Of a stretch of 64,000 nt of DNA, positions 13,713 to 25,502 are shown piece by piece (within the stretch, counting starts at the first letter, position 1; every line of letters begins with the position of its first letter). A model generated the notes under the pieces. It did not search any database, had not been told where the DNA came from, and saw only the letters and a list, made by a program, of their open reading frames with translations. The position numbers were made by a program, and so were the translations under genes. Source of the stretch: Felis catus (Eukaryota). Location: assembly GCF_018350175.1 (NCBI RefSeq), contig NC_058375.1, positions 209,560,001-209,624,000 on the forward strand, written 5' to 3'.

Positions 13713-13899
13713 ATAAAGAATTTTTTTTTTGAAAGCTAGTCATAGACTATCATCTCAGGGATCTTCAAAAATCTTATATTTGCCTGTGAACACAAAATTC
13801 TGCCTTTAGAGATCAGTGAATACTACCTGGTAGCCTAGAGATCACCTCTCAACTGCTAAGCAGAGACCCTTGAAGCTTTGATTTCAAAGAAGACTGGAG

Positions 13900-14121
13900 G
13901 GGCACATGGGTGACTCAGTGGGTTGAGCATATGACCTCGGCTCAGGTCATAACCTCATGGTTCGTGGGTTCGAGCCCCACATCAGGCTCTGTGCTGACAG
14001 CTCGGAGCTTGGAACCTGCTTTAGATTCTGTGTCTCCCTCTCTCCCCATGCCCCTCCTCCACTTATGCTCGTGCTCTCTCTCTCTCTCTCTCAAAAATAA
14101 ACTTAAAAAATAAAAAGTATA
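13900..14121 (+). mobile_element. Can-SINE with perfect 16-bp TSD
   Basis: TSD tcaaagaagactggag at 13884-13899 and 14122-14137. Confidence 0.96.
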
Positions 14122-14454
14122 TCAAAGAAGACTGGAGCTGGATTTGAAATTATCCTTCTTTATTTTAGTGAAAAACCAAGACCTTGTGAAGTTGAATGGT
14201 AAACCCAAGACCTCTGCTGGAGTTCACACGTGGTTCATACATGGCTCACATATGCCTTGTACATGCCTCTCTTTTAATCTCATCTTCCTCCATACCCGAT
14301 CTGATGATGTTGAATATGCCTTCTCTGAGAGAATAAACACCATGTGTTAAGAAATGAGTAAATTACATGTAGTTTCCCCAAGTTTATTTCAAAATGAACT
14401 CTGAAGTCTTTCAACTCAACCTTCTCAGATGGTGCTAGACCTTCATAGGTCTCA

Positions 14455-14575
14455 GTCTGCCCCAATCAACTGTAAGCCCCATAAAGGCAGAGACTGTCTT
14501 CATCTTGCTTTTCCCAGGGTTTGTACACGATTCATTCTGAGTGTTCCATATGCAGTTTTTGAATAAGTAATAAAT
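14455..14575 (+). mobile_element. L2 3' end
   Basis: actgtaagccccataaaggcagagactgtct..tttttgaataagtaataaat. Confidence 0.7.
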
Positions 14576-14839
14576 CCTTCTAGTGTTAACTGTAGGGCAG
14601 TCAACATGTAGGCATATTGACTTCACTGTCAGTATGTGACTAGTAAGCTACCTTGGTGGATGCTTGGTTAAACGATTTCAGGAAAGTCATGGTTTGTTTA
14701 TCCTTTTAACTGGTTACCTATGTTCTGTCCAAAGAGATCATTTAAATCTATAATCTCTACTAGTCCTCTTGAAGGTGGGCACCATAAATGAAAACTCATT
14801 TGTATCAAGGTCCATAAATATGTTTATGCTGTTCAACTT

Positions 14840-15340
14840 GATATTTATACTTTTAGGAAATCAAATTTTAGAAAATAACTTCCAAGGCAAGTGATTTATG
14901 ATGTGTTCAAAAGCATCTCTAGTAATATAATTTATAAAAGAAAGAAACTACCCATAAGAGTAAACAAGTAAATTAGAGTACATTCATAATAGACAGAACC
15001 ATTCAATAGCTATCAAGAGCCTACTACGTCCAGACACTATCCAGACAAACATCTCTGCCACAGTGGAGTTTACATAATTTAAAAATTATGTTCTTAAGAG
15101 TTTTTAGTTATATAGAATATGCTTAACATTTGTTGTTAAGTAAAAAAAGCAGAATACTAAATTACATGTTCAACAGGATCTTTATATATTTATATATCCA
15201 CAGAAAACTTTTAAAAGTCAGATTCTGAATAGAAGTTGTCTCAGAGTGTTGAAAGTTATTGTCATTTTATTTATGCTTTTATCGATTTCCATATTTAAAA
15301 AATTATTTTCAATAAGCAACTTTTATAATCAGATAAACAA
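14840..15340 (+). mobile_element. Degenerate old L1 (L1ME-like) fragments mixed with an L2-like piece
   Basis: aaacaagtaaattagagtacattcata; gttaagtaaaaaaagcagaatactaaatt; AT-rich L1 3' UTR-like sequence. Confidence 0.5.
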
Positions 15341-15679
15341 TGGAGTAGGCCGGACCATGAGTAACACAGCCACAGGAATCTGAAATCCTTGCTCCAAAAA
15401 TTCCCACTCTGTGTTTCTAATAAGTAATATCATTTTTTAAGTGTAAGTTTACCAACCTACAAAGCCATTTTTAGCATTCCTTCATCTGGCAGCCAAGAAG
15501 AGGAAGAAACAACCTGCCGTGAACAATGGCTGCTCAGTGTTGTGTGTTTAGGTGTGATAAGTTAACAACCTGATTGGTCAATGTAAATTGCATTTTGAAA
15601 TATTATATATTCTAATACCTTGGAATTATTTATATAATACTACTTGTACACAAAGTAGACTGAGCATCTGTAAGAATCT

Positions 15680-15682
<3 letters not shown>

Positions 15683-15715
<33 letters not shown>
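15683..15715. repeat. (CA)n microsatellite
   Basis: Directly visible. Confidence 0.97.
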
Positions 15716-15716
<1 letters not shown>

Positions 15717-16869
15717 CCAATCAAGGGTAACGATACAATAGTGGTCAAGTACTGAAGATTGTCTAAAACAGTCCTAATGTCATAGAATTTTCTTTCATCA
15801 ATACAGCTAACTTTTAAACTAAGCATTTTTATCCCCTTGTAAACTGGACCAAATAGATACTTAAACACAAGAAAAAAATATTATGTGCCACATTATGTGT
15901 CCTAATTTTTGCTTCAGAATCTAAGGTCACCTAAACAAAGAGCAGTGTATAAATGTTCATGGAGCAACCTAATGGGGAGTCTTACATTTTAATCCCAAAC
16001 AGATTACCAAATGTGTGCAAACATCCTATCGTTCAACTGTCATTTTGCTATATATCTGCAAGTCTTATCCATATGCGGGTGTGTGAGCACGCGTGATGTT
16101 GAGAAGGAAACGATGCCCAGCAGGGGGAGGGTGCTGTGAAGGCATAATAAGTTAGGTGAAAGTGACTAATAGGACAACAATATAAAGATCAGAAATTATA
16201 GCATCTCAGCTCTGATTAGTGGATTTGGGGAAGGTAGCATATGGGGTCAAGGGAGATTTTTCTCAACTTTGTGAAACTAATCAATCAACATCTCTAAAGG
16301 AACAAAAAAAAGCCTCAAATGCTTCACTAATACCCAGAGCATAAGAAGTTTAAGATTATCTGTTTGACCAGAAGATTAGCTTTCAGGTAAAGCTAATGAC
16401 TACATGAAGGGGAAGAATGGTACGTTCACCTTAAATTCTTCACGACTCGTACAAGAAGTAGTGACATCTCAGTGCTCTAATGCAGTGACCGGCAGAAACG
16501 GGTCACCATAGAGAAATAGCACTACAAAAGACTGAATTTTGCTCTAAATTGGTAGCTAAAAGAAAAGCGATCTCTTTTATCCCCAAGGTCGAAAGAGTTT
16601 CCCAACTATGATATATGAACAAGGCAGGCTTCGAAAAACATCGAGGTGTCAGATCTCAATGAAACAGGGCTCTGAAGGGCTGGATTCCAAAGACACAGGT
16701 GGTAGGAAGAGGCCAGCAGTCCCTGGGGAGTGTATATATATATAGATTCCATTCCCTACATAGCTCCACACTGCCCTATGTAAGGAACAGGGGGAAGAGA
16801 CAGCGACTCAGATTGTGTTTTTCTGTTGTGTTCACTTTTTTCCATTTGTCTTTGTTCTCTTGGGCTAAT

Positions 16870-17590
16870 TTCTTAACATAACAGCAATACACGGTAACAC
16901 ATGCATTGTAGAAAACACAGAGATGCAAAATAACACAAAAATAGAAATAAATGCCCCCTCTAATCACATCCTCCAGAGATACTGAAGATATTTAACATGC
17001 TGACGTAGTTATTCAGCTTTTTTTTTTTTTTTACAATGCATGAAGATGTTTGGGTTTTTTAAATCAGAGATCATTACGAACCTACTGCTTTGTAACCTAC
17101 CTCTTAAATTTTAAACAATGTCCTGATCATTTGGCAGTGTTATTAAATATTCATTTAAAACGTGATTTTTAATGGCTGCATGAAATGCTATCATACGGAT
17201 GCCCTCTAATTTAACTATTACCCTATTAACGTTTCACTGATTGCGACCTACACATAGTTTGTGAATGCATATCCCTCACACATAGGTCTGTAACAAATCT
17301 TTTTTGTTTTTCTTCTAGATAATTTCCTAGAGGTGAAGCTGGGTGAACACATGGGCATATTTTTCAGGCCTTTGAAAATTGACATAAAATTCTCCCCCAG
17401 AAAAGTCTGCTGACCTATATTGTACCAGCAGTGTGTTAGACTGCCTATTCTCCCCACATCCCTGGTATTAAATATCACAACATCACCGTAAAAAGAATCT
17501 GCTGGGTTGACATTTAAATATAAGTATGCATTATAGTTTTAATTACAATTTCTTAAATTATGGGTGAGGGTCTCCTTATCCTTTTTCACT
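16870..17590 (-). mobile_element. Old L1 (L1M) 3' fragment
   Basis: tttttaatggctgcatgaaatgctatcatacggatg; agataatttcctagaggtgaagctggg; ttgtaccagcagtgt. Confidence 0.7.
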
Positions 17591-17597
17591 TCTTGCA

Positions 17598-17806
17598 TCT
17601 TTTTTGTTTTTAAGTTTATTTATTTATTTTGAGAGAGAGAGAGAGAGAGAGAGAAGCGGGGAGGGGCAGAGAGAGAGAATCTCAAGCAGGCTCTGCTCTG
17701 CCAGCACAGAACCCGATGTGGGGCTCGAACTCACAAAACGTGAGATCATAACCTGAGCCGAAACCAAGAGTGAGTTGGTTAACTGACTCAGCCACCCGGG
17801 AACACC
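17598..17806 (-). mobile_element. Can-SINE
   Basis: Typical structure; TSD acttcttgcat/acttctcgcat. Confidence 0.95.
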
Positions 17807-18334
17807 TACTTCTCGCATTTTAACGTTAAAGTAAAACCAAAATGCACTCGTTCCTACTGCACATCCCTGTACACAAAAGCCGATGGAGCCCCCATACTTA
17901 TGTCTCTTCCTTCCCAATCCCTGAGGTACTGTTTTCCTCACTTTTTTCCCCACTAAAGTGACAGTACAGTGGTTAATAAAAAGAAGAGAGGGGACAATGG
18001 TGGAAGAGGACATCACAGAGTTTGAAAACGATGGACTTAGCTTTCAACCTCAGTGTCCCTAAAGGAGAAGACTCAGCAAGCAAGTGAATTTTTGCCAAAG
18101 GATATTGGAAACGTTCAGAAGTCGGTGTTAATAGTTCAGTCCTCTCATTTCCTCTTCTAACCCACGTGGCCTGACAGACGCTCTCCCAGGGGAATATGGT
18201 GGGTGGGTATCTAGAAGGTGGTTATACAGCCTGCCCACTGTGACCAAGCAAGGACACTTGACTGGCGTTCCATCCTGTTTAGCATTTGTCAATCCCAACA
18301 TGTCTTGGCTTGGACAAACAAAATATATAGTCAC

Positions 18335-18792
18335 TGTATTGGGTTGACTTGTGTTCCCCAAAAGACATCCACCCCCAACCTCAGAATGTGACCTTATTTG
18401 GAATAATCTTTGCAGATGTAATGAAGGTAAAGATGTCTCGAAAGAAGACCTGTTTTGAATAAAGATGGATCCTGAATCTAATGAGGAGATCCCTTATCAG
18501 AGACAGAAAGGAGAAGAAAAAGACACGGGGAGGGCTGTGTGACAACTAGAGACAAAAATGAGGTGATGTAGCCACAAGTCAAGGAGCATCAAAGATTGCC
18601 AACAGCCACCAGAAGCCATGAGAGAGGCATGACATGGATTCTCCCTCACAGCTTCCAGAACGAACCAGCCCTCCCAACACCTTCATTTGGGACTTAGCGC
18701 CTAGAGAACTGTGAGAAAATAAATTTCTGTTGTTGTAAGCCATCCAGTTTGTGGCACTTTGTTACATACGGCAGTCCTGGGAAGCTAATACA
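18335..18792 (+). mobile_element. Full-length MaLR solo LTR (MLT1C/MLT1B-like)
   Basis: TG...CA termini, cctcagaatgtgaccttatttggaa, aataaatttctgttgttgtaagcc; perfect 5-bp TSD GTCAC. Confidence 0.92.
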
Positions 18793-19417
18793 GTCACCTT
18801 GATCTAGAAAGACCATCCCGGGGGTTGAAGGAGTAAGGATCTCCTGGAGAGAGGATGGTAAAGTGGAATGTACATGCTGAAAGTTCTGATAACCCTCATC
18901 AGCCTGCTTTTCCTACTCAGCTCCAGAACTCAATTTCCAGGCAGGAGATTGGCAGAGGTTTTCCTGGGGCAGCCAATTGCCCTGGCTAGTGCCCCTACTG
19001 AACCCTCTCCTGTGAGACCCATGAGTCAACAGTCTCTGCCCATGCAGACACAGCCTCCAATCACATTTCCATGCAACACTCTTAACTATAATTGGACACC
19101 AAATAATCATAAATGGAAAACAAATTTAGAGAATTAAGACAATGGTGTGCAGAGACTTACAAGTGATCAGACGACCAAATTCTCTATCTCTGTCCCTCTA
19201 TCTTGCTCTGGATTCCTAGAGTCTGATCTAGCTGCCTTAGTCCTGTGGCATTTATGAGAACTTTTATATCTACTTCACTCTCTCTTGCAGATGCTGAGTT
19301 CTGTATCTTATACACTTCTGTCTTTCCCACAGCACTGACTTCTGTCAAGAATCTCCATAAATATGACCAAACAGAGGATTCAGAGTACAGTACATTCGCC
19401 CCACCACCACTGCCGCC

Positions 19418-19420
<3 letters not shown>

Positions 19421-19463
<43 letters not shown>
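19421..19463. repeat. (CA)n microsatellite
   Basis: Directly visible. Confidence 0.97.
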
Positions 19464-19468
<5 letters not shown>

Positions 19469-19600
19469 TCAGCATAACCTTGGGGAATCAACAAGCAAAT
19501 CCATGCTCTGAAAGTCTCCATGGCTGGACACATTATTCACAAGTGCTTCCACAGATTGAGTGCTTCTGGATGCCAGCCGTTGTACTAAAAGCTTGACTCA

Positions 19601-19808
19601 GGGGGCACCTGGGTGGCTCAGTTGGTTACACGTCCAACTTCAGCTCAGGTCACGATCTCACAGTCCATGAGTTCGAGCCCCGCGTCAGGCTCTGTGCTGA
19701 CAGCTCAGAGCCTGGAGCCTGCTTCGGATTCTATGTCTCCCTCTCTGCCCCTCCCTTGCTCATGCTCTGTCTCTCTCTGTCTCAAAAATAAATAGAAACA
19801 TAAAAAAA
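19601..19808 (+). mobile_element. Can-SINE
   Basis: TSD aaaagcttgactcag on both sides. Confidence 0.96.
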
Positions 19809-19829
19809 AAAAAGCTTGACTCAGAGTAT

Positions 19830-19995
19830 ATTATTCAATCTTCCCAGCAAACGCAGAAGCTAAGAATTGCAATTGTCCCCCATTTTACAGCTCGTAAAAC
19901 CGAGGCTCCCAAAGGTTTCCCGCCTTGCCCAGGATCACACAGACCAGATTCAGACCCAGGAAGTCTAACTCCAGAGCCTGGACCCTTAAATCTTA
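19830..19995 (-). mobile_element. MIR SINE
   Basis: tccccattttacag..aaaccgaggctc..cttgcccaggatcacacag..agattcagacccagg. Confidence 0.85.
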
Positions 19996-20624
19996 AGCCA
20001 GATGCTTCTTCTGACATCATCTGGATTATTCGTGGTATCCAGCAATAAGATTCACTCACCTCTTCCACCATCCATAGCTTCCCTACCTCCAGAGGTTACA
20101 GGCACCCACACCTTAAATCTTAAGGCTTATGTCAAGTATACTGAGAGAAAAATCACTGGCCAGTGTCATAGGTGGGGCTCCCAATTGCGCAGTGGAAAGA
20201 AGCCAAACCCAGAGCCTGACACGGGACCCTTCCAAATCCAGCTGAGGTCCAGTAGGGTCTGACACAATAAGGCTTCCAGTCCTGTGTGGTGATAAGACTT
20301 GTATTTGGAAGAGAGAAGAACACGAGAGGAGAGAGGAATAATCCTTCTCCTTACCGCCAGCCAGATCTGCACAAATGTAAGCAAACTCAGCCTATATAAA
20401 GAGTAGTAGCTGTTATGGATAAAAATTTAATCCAGTTCCAAAGCCCCTTCCTGAGTGTAAATTGGGCCTTTAAGAAAGTAGATGAATTTCTGTGGGCTTC
20501 TAAGATCCACTTTGGCACAGTGAGTGCACCCAATGGCCCTGAAGAATTAATTATGCTTAAAATTATGCTCAAAAGCAGGGCTCATGTGTACCAAAGCTTA
20601 TTGGCCTTGCAAACTCTGGTCAGC

Positions 20625-20946
20625 TAAATAATGCAATGCCCTCCACCAATATATTGAGGGTGCAGTCCTTGAAACCTGTGAATGCTACCTTATATGGCAA
20701 AAGAGACTGCAGGTGTGATTAAGAATCTTGAGATGGAGAGACTACCCTGGGTTATTCAGGTAGGTGCTAAATGTAATCACTCCCTAGATACTCAGAGGGA
20801 GCACAGTCCTGCTGACATCTTGATTTTGGCTCAGTGAAACTGAGTCTAGGCTTCTGACCTCCAGACCCATGGGAGAGTAAACACGTGCTGTTTCAAGCCA
20901 TCAAGTTGGTATTTATTTGTTATAGAAGCGACAGGAAGCTAATACG
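20625..20946 (+). mobile_element. MaLR LTR (MLT1D-like) with internal deletion
   Basis: gaaacctgtgaatgctaccttatatggcaaaagagact..aatgtaatcac joined directly to the 3' part, ending ggaagctaatac. Confidence 0.85.
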
Positions 20947-21111
20947 CAGACTCATGCTTATTAATGAATAACCAGTTTGTTCTGCATTCATAGAGTGTGC
21001 CCAACTTTCTTTTTATTGAATAAGTAGCAAACAACCATCAGATGCTTTGTGAACAAAGAACAGGCAGCAGCTGGTCAATCACATGCCGCTGATGACCGCT
21101 AGAAGACTCAC

Positions 21112-21420
21112 TTCTCGTTTCTTCTGGCTTTTGGTGCATTAGCTTGGAGGAAGGTGTGATTATGGGGCAGCCTGCAACAGGATGCACATATCCCAAACTC
21201 TGTTAAGATCATCTGCTTTTCCTCAACAATAGTAGACAAGGTAACACACTGCAAATTCACAGCCATCATCATGATGCTATGGTCCCAAACCACTGGTCCC
21301 TGAAACTCCATCTCCCCTACGTGTATCAAAGCAGAAATCACAGAGTTGCAATGATGCTCACAGATCAACAGCAAGTCGAGAACGTTCCTCTCTCTCATCC
21401 TCAACAGGAGGGCAACAAAC
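21112..21420 (-). ncRNA. Weak candidate exon, minus strand
   Basis: Acceptor-like TCCACTCTGTCCTATAG|G and donor GAA|GTGAGT (21106-21111); AATAAA on the minus strand near 21012-21017; unique sequence. Confidence 0.22.
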
Positions 21421-21574
21421 CTATAGGACAGAGTGGACTTAGCTACTCCAACTCCATTCCTGTTGTTTCGGTCAAGTTGACTTCTAATAAGAGCCTTGAG
21501 GAAACTATTCAAGACTTTTGATAAGTGGTGTTTGGCCACATTCAGGCACTTCTGATCTTCCATCAGCATTGGGT

Positions 21575-21680
21575 GGTAGAAAGTAGGCTGGTCTTAGAAT
21601 TAGACAAACTCACCTTTGACGTATCACATCTGGGCCTCAATGTCCTCATCTATAAAATGGGAGAATGAGATCAGATAATT
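21575..21680 (+). mobile_element. MIR fragment
   Basis: tctgggcctcaatgtcctcatctataaaatggg. Confidence 0.65.
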
Positions 21681-22917
21681 GCACCCCAGCTTCCCTTATT
21701 TATTGACTTCACTGGTCTGCACTGTCAAATAGTTTAAAATCATCACTCAATGTATAGCTTACAAATAGTGTTGTTTTTTTAAGAATATAAATGCAATGAA
21801 AATTATTTTTCCCTTTATAGATAAAAATGTATAGAATAAGCAGCATCCTGTTTAAAGCCTAAATAGAGATGATTATTTTTTGAAGGGAGTATTTCAAGAG
21901 AGCAATCAAAACCATGCCAGCTGGCATAACTATCGTATTTGTGATCGTCAAGTTTTATGCCATTTAACCGAATACTGTATTTAAAGCCCGTTGTTTGACC
22001 CTAGGTACAAACATGTGTCTGCACTGTAAGATCCATTCCTGAACTTTAATGAATGGTATAAATGTGTAGCATTTATCACAACATACACTTTGTCTTTAAG
22101 CACCTCCTGAAATAAAATCATGAAGTCTCTAAAATCGAGACACTCTGTAGAAAGTGCTGATCATTACTCATTAAAGAAATTAATTTATGCAGTACCGTAG
22201 GTGAGAAAGTGCTTATCGGTGAATATTTTCCTCAATCGTAAACCCGCTAAGAAAATGCATTTGCAGCTCATCAGGCTGTTAGCTCTGTGTTATTTACTTT
22301 GCAAGGGCTTCCTCTTTTTCTTCACCTTTCAGAGGGAAGCATTTAATTTGCTGGAAGGCAGAGCCGGGAGGTTGACAAGACCCTCCACACAAATGAACAT
22401 TTCCCAGAAAACTTGGGAGGTGAGAGTGATTCTGTAGGTCTGCCCAAGGCCACACTTTATATCCTTCGTCTAGGTGAGAGTCAGTTGGGTTAGGAATCCA
22501 AGAGATTCTGGAATATATCTTTTGAAATGTGCATATGGTTAATCTTTTCCTAGGTAAATTTGGTATCTGACATTTATCACATCCTTTTGTAAACTGAGAT
22601 ATAATTTAGAAACCACAAAATTCACTAAAGTGTTCAATTCGGTAGATTTTAGGATATTCATGAGGTTGCACAATTATCCTCTCTAACTCCAGAACATTAT
22701 TATCATCCCCAAAAGAAACCCCATATTCGTTAGCAGTCACTCCCCATTGTCCCCTGTCTGCAGCCCCATGGCAATTACTAATCTACTGTCTGTCTCTATG
22801 GATCGGCCTATCCTGGACATCTCATACGCATGGAATCATTCAATATGTGGCTTCTTTTACTTAGCATAGTGTTTTCAAGAGTCATTCATGTTGTAGCATG
22901 TATCTCTATTTCATTCT

Positions 22918-23063
22918 ATTTTAAATTCCACTTAACATACAGTGTAATATCAGCTTCAGGTGTGCAATACGGTGATCCAACAATTCTGTACAACACCCAG
23001 TGATCAAGACAAGTGTGCTCCTTAATCCCCATCGCTTATTCCACTCATCCCCCCACCAACCTC
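22918..23063 (-). mobile_element. 5'-truncated carnivore L1 3' end
   Basis: ttaacatacagtgtaatat..caacacccagtgatca..tccttaatccccatc, inserted in the older L1. Confidence 0.75.
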
Positions 23064-23284
23064 CATTTTGATTGAATAATACCATCGTATAGGTGTAACA
23101 CATTTTTTTATCTCTTCATCAGTTGATGGACATTTGGGTTATCTTCATTGTTTTGGCTCTTAGGAGTAATACATACAAGTCTTTGTGTGGACATCTGTTT
23201 TCAGTTCTCTTGGGTATAGACCTAAGGTTGACATTGCTGCCTTGCATGGTAACTCTATGTTGAAACTTTTAAGAACTGCAAAGT

Positions 23285-23495
23285 ATTTTTCTTTTATTTT
23301 TTTAAGTTTATTTATTTATTTTGAGAGAGAAAGCACACACGAACAAGGGAGGGGCAAAGGGAGAGGGAGACAGAGAATCCCAAGCAGGTTCAACACTGTT
23401 AGCACAAAGCCTGATGTGGGGCTCCGACCCACGAACCATGACCTGAGCCAAAGGCAAAAGCTGGACGCTTAACTGACTGAGCCACCAGGCACCCC
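23285..23495 (-). mobile_element. Can-SINE
   Basis: Typical head and tail. Confidence 0.94.
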
Positions 23496-24325
23496 ACAAA
23501 ACTGTTTTTCAAATGGCTACACCATTCTACAATCCCAAATGTATGAAGGTTCTGTTTTCTCTACGTTCTAATCAACACTTGTTACGGCCTGTCTTTCTGA
23601 TTGCCGCCATCCCAGTGGATGAGAAATGGTATCTCATCGTGACTTTGATTGGTATTTCTCTAATGACACTGATGTTAGCCATCTTTTCATGGGCTTATTG
23701 GCCATTTGTATATCTTCTCTGGGCAAATGTCTATTCGAATATTTTTCCACTTCTTGAGTAACTTGTCTTTTTTATTGTTGGCTTGTAAGAGTTCCTTCTA
23801 TATTCTCAATACCAGACTTATCAGATACACGACTTGCAAACATTTTCAATTCTATGGGTTGTCTTTTCACTTTGTTGATAGTGTTCTTTGAGGCCAAAGG
23901 TTTTTAATTTTGATGACATCCAATTTATATATTTTTCCTTTGTTTGCTTGTGCTTTAGGTGCCATAGCTGAGAAATCATTCCCTAATCCAAGATCCTACA
24001 GATTTACAACCACGTTTCCTCTTAAGAGTTTTATCATTTGAGCTGTTACATTAAAGGCTTTGACCCATTTTGAGTTAATTTTCATATATGGTGTGAGCAT
24101 TTATTTTATCTTGATAACACATGAAAACCCCCAACTCAGCATCCTGTTACATAAGTAAATCAATTATATTTTTGTAAATAAAAGGTGGCCAGAAAAAAAA
24201 AAATCTATGCCGTGAAAGAAAAATACTTTATGTACTTTAAAATATTTATTTGTTATAAAAATTAAAATATGTATTGGTATGTATGTATATTATAAATCAT
24301 CCATATGTATTAAAAGAGATTTCCT

Positions 24326-24535
24326 GGGGCGCCTGGGTGGCTCAGTTGGTTGGGCGGCCGACTTGGGCTCAGGTCATGATCTCGCGGTCCGTGAGTTCGA
24401 GCCCCGCGTCGGGCTCTGTGCTGACAGCTCAGAGCCTAGAGCCTGTTTCAGATTCTGTGTCTCCCTCTCTCTCTGCCCCTCCCCTGTTCATGCTCTGCCT
24501 CTCTCTGTCTCAAAAATAAACGTTAAAAAAAAAAA
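24326..24535 (+). mobile_element. Can-SINE (young)
   Basis: CpG-rich; TSD aaaagagatttcct. Confidence 0.97.
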
Positions 24536-24646
24536 AAAGAGATTTCCTAAGGTATTTATTAGGCAACAAACTATTGACTTTATTTTACCTACTATTTTTA
24601 CTTAAAAACAATGCAAGTGGCATTTCTTTAAAAGCTATACTGCATT

Positions 24647-24880
24647 GGGGCGCCTGGGTGGCGCAGTCAGTTAAGCGTCCGACTTCAGCCAGGTCACGAT
24701 CTCGCGGTCCGTGAGTTCGAGCCCCACGTCAGGCTCTGGGCTGATGGCTCAGAGCCTGGAGCCTGTTTCCAATTCTGTGTCTCCCTCTCTCTCTGCCCCT
24801 CCCCTGTTCATGCTCTGTCTCTCTCTGTCCCAAAAATAAATAAACGTTGAAAAAAATTAAAAAATTAAAAAAAAATAAAA
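24647..24880 (+). mobile_element. Can-SINE (young feline subfamily)
   Basis: ggcgcagtc, cttcagccaggtcacg, gggctgatggctc; TSD core atactgcat. Confidence 0.96.
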
Positions 24881-25071
24881 TCCATACTGCATAACTGAAT
24901 TTGAGTTACTCAAATACTCGATAACTAATTTCTCTAAGAATTTCTCTCTATTACTCTTGTGGTTATCTCCTACATTAGCTCCATGTTAACAACATATTAG
25001 GACTCAAAATCACTCTTGCTGAAGTGTAGGTACCTGACGATGAGAAATAACCTTGTAGCATTCTGATATCT

Positions 25072-25297
25072 TCTTTTTAAAAAAATGTTCTGTTTATTTT
25101 TTGAAAGAGAGCAGGAGCGGGGGAGGGGCAGAGAGAGAGAGAGGACAGAGGATCTGAAGCAGGCTCTGCACTGTCAGCAGACAGCCTGATGCAGGGCTCA
25201 AACCCACACACCATGAGATCATGAACCCACAAACCGTGAGATCACAACCTGAGCCAAAGTCGGAGGCTCAACTGGCTGAGTCACCCAGACACCCCCA
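25072..25297 (-). mobile_element. Can-SINE with internal tandem duplication
   Basis: TSD cattctgat(a/g)tcttc; duplicated aacccaca..gagatca. Confidence 0.94.
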
Positions 25298-25317
25298 TTC
25301 TGATGTCTTCAATGAAG

Positions 25318-25502
25318 TTTTTTGTTGTTTTTTTTTTAAATGTCTGTTTTTGAGACAGAGAGACAGACACAGAATCCAAAGCAGGCTTCAAGGCTCTGAG
25401 CTGTCAGCACAGAGCCTGATATGGGGCTCGAACTCACAAACCACAAGATGGTGACCAGAGCCAAAGTCAGATGCTTAACCAACTGAGCCACCCAGATGCC
25501 CC
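25318..25502 (-). mobile_element. Can-SINE (shortened CT region)
   Basis: TSD ttcaatgaagt. Confidence 0.94.

Larger units (their letters stand above)
22585..24100 (-). mobile_element. L1 (L1MB-like) 3' fragment, interrupted by a carnivore L1 piece and a SINE
   Basis: ccccaaaagaaaccccat..tagcagtcactcccc; cagttgatggacatttgggtt; ggccatttgtatatcttctctgggcaaatgtctattc. Confidence 0.9.

Noticed and set aside
14417-14500. Functional miR-29 gene
   Set aside because: No pairing 5' arm, and the 3' part of the mature sequence differs. Kept only as a motif finding.
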